Source: a virus. From it: DNA of 64,000 nt. Location: the IMG/VR virus record IMGVR_UViG_3300028535_000001. One strand, 5' to 3'. This document shows, piece after piece, positions 59,506 to 64,000 of this stretch. How positions within the stretch are numbered: the stretch's first letter is position 1; every line of letters starts with the position of its first letter. The translations under genes were made by a program, and so were the position numbers. Under the pieces are notes generated by a model. It had not been told where the DNA came from. It searched no databases and worked only from the letters and a program-made list of their open reading frames with translations.

Positions 59506-60188
59506 TACATCTTTTTTTTATTAAGTTCTTCATAATATTTATAAAATCCTTGTATTGCTTTACCTAATTTTTCTTCATATGGTGCTTTTTCTTTTACAAA
59601 AGGTACCATTGAGCCATCTTCACCAGCAATTAATATTACTAGTTGATCTATTTTTTTCTTAAATAATTCTTCATACATTATTGCATAAGCACATGTTTGT
59701 AAGAAATAGTTCTCTATCCAAGATTCTTGTCTTTCTTTGTTTGCTGTCTTGAAGTCTATTACAGAAAGTTTACCATTATATTCTGCAATACAATCCACTT
59801 GACCAGCAACGGTCAACTTATGACTGTACATTATTGTTTCTAAACAATGTATGTTATTGATCTGATCTACGTATGGTTTGATTAGTCTGAACATACCTAA
59901 AGGTAACACACTTCTCTCACTTGGTGTTTCGCCTTTGATATACTGTTCAATTAATGTATGTGTAGATTTGCCTCGTCTGGCTGCTCGTCTCATTTCCCAA
60001 TTAGCAACATCTTCACCAATACTATCTCGCCATTTTTGTAGTTCTTTTTTCTTTTGAATACCAAGTACTGTAGTAATTGACGGATAGTTTTTACCATCTA
60101 TTTCGTAAAATCTGAATCCATCTATTTTTTTACCTTTAGTCTTTGGTAAAACGTCTTCATTTAGTTTTATAAATTTAAATTTGCTCAT
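59505..60188 (-). CDS. PD-(D/E)XK exonuclease
   Basis: YPSITTVL, RG...H, AGQVDC, IDFKT, YFLQ..AY. Confidence 0.88.
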   Translation of the reverse strand: MSKFKFIKLNEDVLPKTKGKKIDGFRFYEIDGKNYPSITTVLGIQKKKELQKWRDSIGEDVANWEMRRAARRGKSTHTLIEQYIKGETPSERSVLPLGMFRLIKPYVDQINNIHCLETIMYSHKLTVAGQVDCIAEYNGKLSVIDFKTANKERQESWIENYFLQTCAYAIMYEELFKKKIDQLVILIAGEDGSMVPFVKEKAPYEEKLGKAIQGFYKYYEELNKKKM

Positions 60189-60197
60189 AATGTACCC

Positions 60198-60226
60198 ACT
60201 TTAACATAACCAATGTAAATTGTCAA
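60198..60226 (-). promoter_or_regulatory. Sigma70-type promoter
   Basis: TTGACA-17bp-TAAAGT with extended TG. Confidence 0.7.
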
Positions 60227-60888
60227 GCCTTAAACACTTCGGAAATTGCCCATTCTCTTTCTTTACACCAGAAACAGGTATTACCACAACCAGTTTCAGG
60301 TCCTATACATGAAGTTGTCATGTCTAATAGATCAACAATACCTTGGTCTTTGAATTCCTGGACAATAAATCTCTTATCAATCTCTATGAAAGGAGTAGTA
60401 TGATTTATATCTGCTACTCTTTGATTTTTAGAGAAGTCTTTACCACCTTTAATACGGAATAACTCACCACCAAATGTTTTCTGAACATCTTCAGGTGGTC
60501 CTAATGATGTACCATGATATGTATGGTCAATTATACCACTTGCTTCTAATTGTTTAACAAGTGGTCTAATGTAATCTTGTTTAGCACCATTTTTACCACC
60601 ATCTGTATCAAATATTGTAGATAGAGGCCACTTGATTGATACCCTTGGACATCGCTTTCTAATATATGGGATTATTTCTGGTAGACCATTTGAGTCACCT
60701 GGTGCCCACATATCATAACCATTAAATGGTTGTATCTTTATATTTAAACCTTTTTCTCTAATAGTATTAGCTAAAAGATAACATAACAAAGTACTATCAG
60801 CACCACCTGACATGGCGACACCGATAGTTTCTTCATTTAAATGTTCAAGGTTTAACTCAATTAATCCAAATTTGTTATCATATTTCAT
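60223..60888 (-). CDS. QueC-like PP-loop ATPase (paralogue 4)
   Basis: MSGGADS; TTSC...CGNTCFWCKEREWA; closest to 12594..13400. Confidence 0.75.
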   Translation of the reverse strand: MKYDNKFGLIELNLEHLNEETIGVAMSGGADSTLLCYLLANTIREKGLNIKIQPFNGYDMWAPGDSNGLPEIIPYIRKRCPRVSIKWPLSTIFDTDGGKNGAKQDYIRPLVKQLEASGIIDHTYHGTSLGPPEDVQKTFGGELFRIKGGKDFSKNQRVADINHTTPFIEIDKRFIVQEFKDQGIVDLLDMTTSCIGPETGCGNTCFWCKEREWAISEVFKA

Positions 60889-60966
60889 ATTTTAAATTGA
60901 CCTATACAATTGGTAATGGTCGTTAATTAATGCCGAGGATTCTCTTAATTTGTCTCGGTCCTGCTT

Positions 60967-61434
60967 TCAGCTAGGCTTATATTCTTCATAACAAGTTTTA
61001 CCTGTACCACTTCTGTAAGCACGTAAAATTTGTTTTCTATTATCTTCACTCTTATAAGAACAATGTATCCACCCACTGTTAGGTTCTTCTAATTTGTGGT
61101 ATTCCAAAATCATTTGGTCAAACTCCAAGTTGTCTGTTATCCACTTACATAATTCAGCGTTAGATAATCCAAAAATTTCAAAATCGGCCGCTTCCCCTTT
61201 GGCATGCTGGGAATTTTGTGATGATCCTATTGCCACACACAATTCCGGACTACGGTACCCACTTGATACTGTAACCACTTTGCTATAATGATCTCTAACT
61301 TTTTGTAATACATTCTCACATAACATTTTTAACTTATTAATCTGATCTTCGTTAGGGTTATTATTAATACCCTTACGTTCAGCTGTTTGTGAAGCTGTCA
61401 ATTCTTTTAAACTAAAGTTACTACTTAATTTCAT
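60967..61434 (-). CDS. Peptidase M15 endolysin-like protein
   Basis: LSSNFSLKEL..S.TA.R.GI.N, SSGYRS, SQHAKGEAADF, WIHCSY. Confidence 0.9.
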   Translation of the reverse strand: MKLSSNFSLKELTASQTAERKGINNNPNEDQINKLKMLCENVLQKVRDHYSKVVTVSSGYRSPELCVAIGSSQNSQHAKGEAADFEIFGLSNAELCKWITDNLEFDQMILEYHKLEEPNSGWIHCSYKSEDNRKQILRAYRSGTGKTCYEEYKPS

Positions 61435-61437
61435 TAA

Positions 61438-61842
61438 TTATCCTCTTGTTATTTTTAATATCTTCTCAATCTGTGCCTTGATAATTGGACCTCTGTTAGG
61501 CCAATGTATGTAAGGTTCAGTTGTTTTACTTAAATTATATAAAAAAGGCAATACTATTTTCTCTATATCTTTGAATTTAATTTTAACTGATTCATCTGAT
61601 ATTTCTTTTGTAATAGTATCCTTCTCTGCCACGATTTGCATAATTTCGTTCATCATAGATTTTATAGATGAAACATCGTCTTTAACTTTTGAAATTTCTA
61701 ACGTTGATGATTCAATAGCCTTATTAGTTTCTGTAGTATCTACAACAGGTACGTCCTGTGTAGGCATTGATGAAACTGGAGTCACTCCCCAATTATCCGT
61801 TAGGTCAAAGCCTCTCATATAATCTGGTATATCTTTTGCCAT
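61438..61842 (-). CDS. Conserved T4-like hypothetical protein
   Basis: LPFLYNL.K..EPYIHWPNR motif. Confidence 0.7.
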   Translation of the reverse strand: MAKDIPDYMRGFDLTDNWGVTPVSSMPTQDVPVVDTTETNKAIESSTLEISKVKDDVSSIKSMMNEIMQIVAEKDTITKEISDESVKIKFKDIEKIVLPFLYNLSKTTEPYIHWPNRGPIIKAQIEKILKITRG

Positions 61843-61843
61843 A

Positions 61844-62161
61844 TTATTTTGCTCCTTTTTTACTTTGTCTTGCTAGGTGTTTTTTGATTACTTTCTTTGT
61901 TGCTATATCTTTCGCCGATCTTTTTCCATATCTATTTGCTAATTCACTTCCTGGGTGGGCTTCTGCTATACGTGATAGATTATCTTTCCAACCACTATCG
62001 TTCTTCATATTAACACCTAAAACACCACCAACTATATTTATGGGTTGTGGTACTTGTGTTATATGCTTATTTTTCTTCATATAAATCTCCATTTCTGCAA
62101 TGGACATCATTTCTGTAAATTCTTTTTTATTTCTTTTATTTCTAAACGTGTAAATTGGCAT
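61844..62161 (-). CDS. FmdB-like regulatory protein lacking Zn cysteines
   Basis: MPIYTF..., GWKDNLSRIAEAHPGS. Confidence 0.6.
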   Translation of the reverse strand: MPIYTFRNKRNKKEFTEMMSIAEMEIYMKKNKHITQVPQPINIVGGVLGVNMKNDSGWKDNLSRIAEAHPGSELANRYGKRSAKDIATKKVIKKHLARQSKKGAK

Positions 62162-62555
62162 TAGCAATCCTTATAATTCTGTTTATTAATTCACCTAATC
62201 CATTTTGTCTTTGCATAGTAAGTAATTCTCTTATGCCTAATGGAACAAAACTATCTACTGTAAGATTGGCAACTTCTTCTACTGGTTGTCCATTAACTAT
62301 TTCAGTTACCACTTTGGCAGTACCTCTAGTTATGTGTGCCTCACCATCTATTTGATACATCATACTATTATCTTCTCTCTTTCCACCAATAATCCATAAT
62401 TTACTAGCACAACCATGTATTCTATTTTCTTCTGTCTTAACAACTTCTGGTAATGCCTCTACGTCTTTTGCTCTATCTACCAAATATTGTATTCTGTCAA
62501 TTCCTGTTAATGTCTTTAGATTATCACCAGCTTCTTTAATTCTTTCAGTTATCAT
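62142..62555 (-). CDS. sufE: SufE sulfur-transfer protein
   Basis: ENRIHGCASKLW, DGEAHITRG, LT.QRQNGL. Confidence 0.9.
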   Translation of the reverse strand: MITERIKEAGDNLKTLTGIDRIQYLVDRAKDVEALPEVVKTEENRIHGCASKLWIIGGKREDNSMMYQIDGEAHITRGTAKVVTEIVNGQPVEEVANLTVDSFVPLGIRELLTMQRQNGLGELINRIIRIANANLHV

Positions 62556-62754
62556 TATTCTTTAAATCTTCACACTTGCTACTGTCACCTAAACAATCAA
62601 AAAATTTCTCCATTGCAGTCAGTTCAGGTTCCTCTTTATAAAAATCTGGACATCCATCGTCTGTACAATAGTGTTTATTTTTTGTACTACAACCACTTAA
62701 TAACACAACTGTAATTGTTAATAACATTAAGAATAAAGTTATATTTCTAAGCAT
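62545..62754 (-). CDS. Small lipoprotein
   Basis: LLSGC lipobox. Confidence 0.6.
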   Translation of the reverse strand: MLRNITLFLMLLTITVVLLSGCSTKNKHYCTDDGCPDFYKEEPELTAMEKFFDCLGDSSKCEDLKNNDN

Positions 62755-62762
62755 AAAATCCT

Positions 62763-62891
62763 TTAATAACTAATGACATACCAAATTATTCCTTCATCTT
62801 TTAAAAATTGTTCTATTTCTGGCCATTGACTTGCTGGAAAATCATGTACCAACGTATTCTCTCCTACATCTTTGTAAATCACTAACCTCAT
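62763..62891 (-). CDS. 42-aa hypothetical protein (not in ORF track)
   Basis: MRLVIYKDVGENTLVHDFPASQWPEIEQFLKDEGIIWYVISY fills the gap. Confidence 0.5.
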   Translation of the reverse strand: MRLVIYKDVGENTLVHDFPASQWPEIEQFLKDEGIIWYVISY

Positions 62892-62902
62892 ATATCATGC
62901 TA

Positions 62903-63118
62903 CTAATCTGCCCAAAAATTTAAATATATCAACCAAGGTACTAATATTGGATATACCACGTGTTCTACTATTTCATATAATATTGCTAATGTTAACAGTA
63001 TTGCCCAAAACTTTGAGTTCTTTGCTTTTTCTGAAAGTTTGCTAAATATTTTAGAGTGCCATATTCCTATTTTTTTTATTATTGCTTCCATGTTATAATG
63101 CCTTTCCAAAAGTGCCAA
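62903..63118 (-). CDS. Small membrane protein
   Basis: Hydrophobic C-terminal half; start probably MEAII. Confidence 0.55.
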   Translation of the reverse strand: MALLERHYNMEAIIKKIGIWHSKIFSKLSEKAKNSKFWAILLTLAILYEIVEHVVYPILVPWLIYLNFWAD

Positions 63119-63317
63119 TTGGCACTACATCAGAATGTAAAGCGCCTGTCTTTCTATTATCGTAATACTTTTTAAATCCCATATCTTCAAAGTAAAATGC
63201 TATATCTTCAGCTGGTACTTGGTCTGATACTATACAATCATATAGACTTTCATATGAATGTGGATGTGGCCAAGAGTCACATACAACCTTATTTATTTTT
63301 TTGTTTTTTCTTTTCAT
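63093..63317 (-). CDS. Hypothetical protein
   Basis: YESLYDCIVSDQVP motif. Confidence 0.6.
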   Translation of the reverse strand: MKRKNKKINKVVCDSWPHPHSYESLYDCIVSDQVPAEDIAFYFEDMGFKKYYDNRKTGALHSDVVPIGTFGKAL

Positions 63318-63519
63318 TTAGTATCCTTCCATAATTAGGCCAACCAAATTTATCCGGCGACTCATCTGTATATCTCCAACGAATAACTCCTGTATCAGGA
63401 TTTCTTTCGTATATTTTTTCTTTTGTTTCTTTTTTTACCACTTGAAGTAGCTCCTTTATGTCTTTAACCTTTTTGTAAATTAACTGCCGAAGGTCCTTTT
63501 TGACCTTCTTCAACTTCAA
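63289..63519 (-). CDS. Hypothetical protein (true start likely downstream)
   Basis: [15 protein letters not shown] motif. Confidence 0.5.
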   Translation of the reverse strand: MKLKKVKKDLRQLIYKKVKDIKELLQVVKKETKEKIYERNPDTGVIRWRYTDESPDKFGWPNYGRILNEKKKQKNK

Positions 63520-63667
63520 AAGTTATTGCGTCACCTTCATTTAGTTCTAAACCTGCGTCTTTAACTGCTGAAGTATGTACAAAAACATCTTTTTCATTGT
63601 CTTCTCTTGCTATGAAACCGTAACCTTTTGTAGGGTTAAACCATTTCACTTTTCCTTTTATACTCAT
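63464..63667 (-). CDS. cspA: Cold-shock protein
   Basis: GKVKWFN..KGYGFI...DVFVH.SA...KGPSA.NL. Confidence 0.95.
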   Translation of the reverse strand: MSIKGKVKWFNPTKGYGFIAREDNEKDVFVHTSAVKDAGLELNEGDAITFEVEEGQKGPSAVNLQKG

Positions 63668-63688
63668 CTTATTTTTTTCTCCTTTCCT

Positions 63689-63964
63689 TTAATCTTTTCC
63701 CTCAATACTAGTCCCTTTGAAAGGATCATTTTCTGTATCTCTTTTATCTTCATTAAATTTATCTTGTATTTTTGAATCAACATAAGGAGTCTCAATCTCA
63801 ATCTCTGCTACATCTTCGTATGTTACCTTAATGTCTGATAGTCCTTCTCTTAAAATCTTTTCTTCCTCTATTGTATAAGGCCTCTTTTGTTTTATATCCA
63901 TAACACAATAATTGCTAATAATATAAGAGCATATCTTGGTACGTGAAATTCTCCAAGTAACCAT
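63689..63964 (-). CDS. Hypothetical protein
   Basis: Acidic ORF; probable start at MDIKQ. Confidence 0.45.
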   Translation of the reverse strand: MVTWRISRTKICSYIISNYCVMDIKQKRPYTIEEEKILREGLSDIKVTYEDVAEIEIETPYVDSKIQDKFNEDKRDTENDPFKGTSIEGKD

Positions 63965-64000
63965 TTTTTAGCGTCTTTTAAATAATCCATCATTTCCTTT

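Noticed and set aside
59505-60188. Cas4/CRISPR system
   Set aside because: No array or other cas genes; this is a common T4-like PD-(D/E)XK exonuclease.
60892-60969. Selenocysteine insertion at the endolysin UGA
   Set aside because: No redox or Cys-aligned context and no sel genes visible; generic read-through is more plausible.
123-63775. Many antisense or overlapping ORFs in the track (e.g. 1911..2234, 25687..26085, 30223..30798, 49906..50469)
   Set aside because: They are shadows of well-supported genes on the opposite strand and carry no motifs.

Overview
AT-rich segment of a large T4-like myovirus genome. The host is very likely a marine alphaproteobacterium of SAR11/Pelagibacter type, inferred from the permuted alpha-type tmRNA, alpha-type LexA-like boxes and low GC. 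1-21 kb and 37-44 kb are accessory islands: six radical SAM enzymes (three split into radical SAM plus stand-alone SPASM-like genes), QueC-like PP-loop ATPases (four paralogues in the window), a carbamoyltransferase, a DegT aminotransferase, glycosyl-/methyltransferases, SGNH-like proteins, MOSC and Fe-S assembly genes (sufB, sufA, sufT-like; sufE at 62 kb). 21-36 kb and 44-54 kb hold baseplate/tail genes (gp8, gp7, gp6, gp25, PAAR, gp5, gp53, gp48, gp4, gp51, gp26, gp54, gp2). 54-64 kb holds gp32, gp59, gp33, an exonuclease, an M15 endolysin, cspA and a two-piece tmRNA. The most notable unannotated signals are GAAC-N7-GAAC LexA-type boxes beside two sigma70 promoters, a probable -1 frameshift fusing gp26 to gp51, a possible UGA read-through of the endolysin, a dense GGCC cluster at 43-46 kb, and an 18-bp duplication flanking an inserted mini-gene. 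All family assignments come from motif recognition by eye, not database searches.
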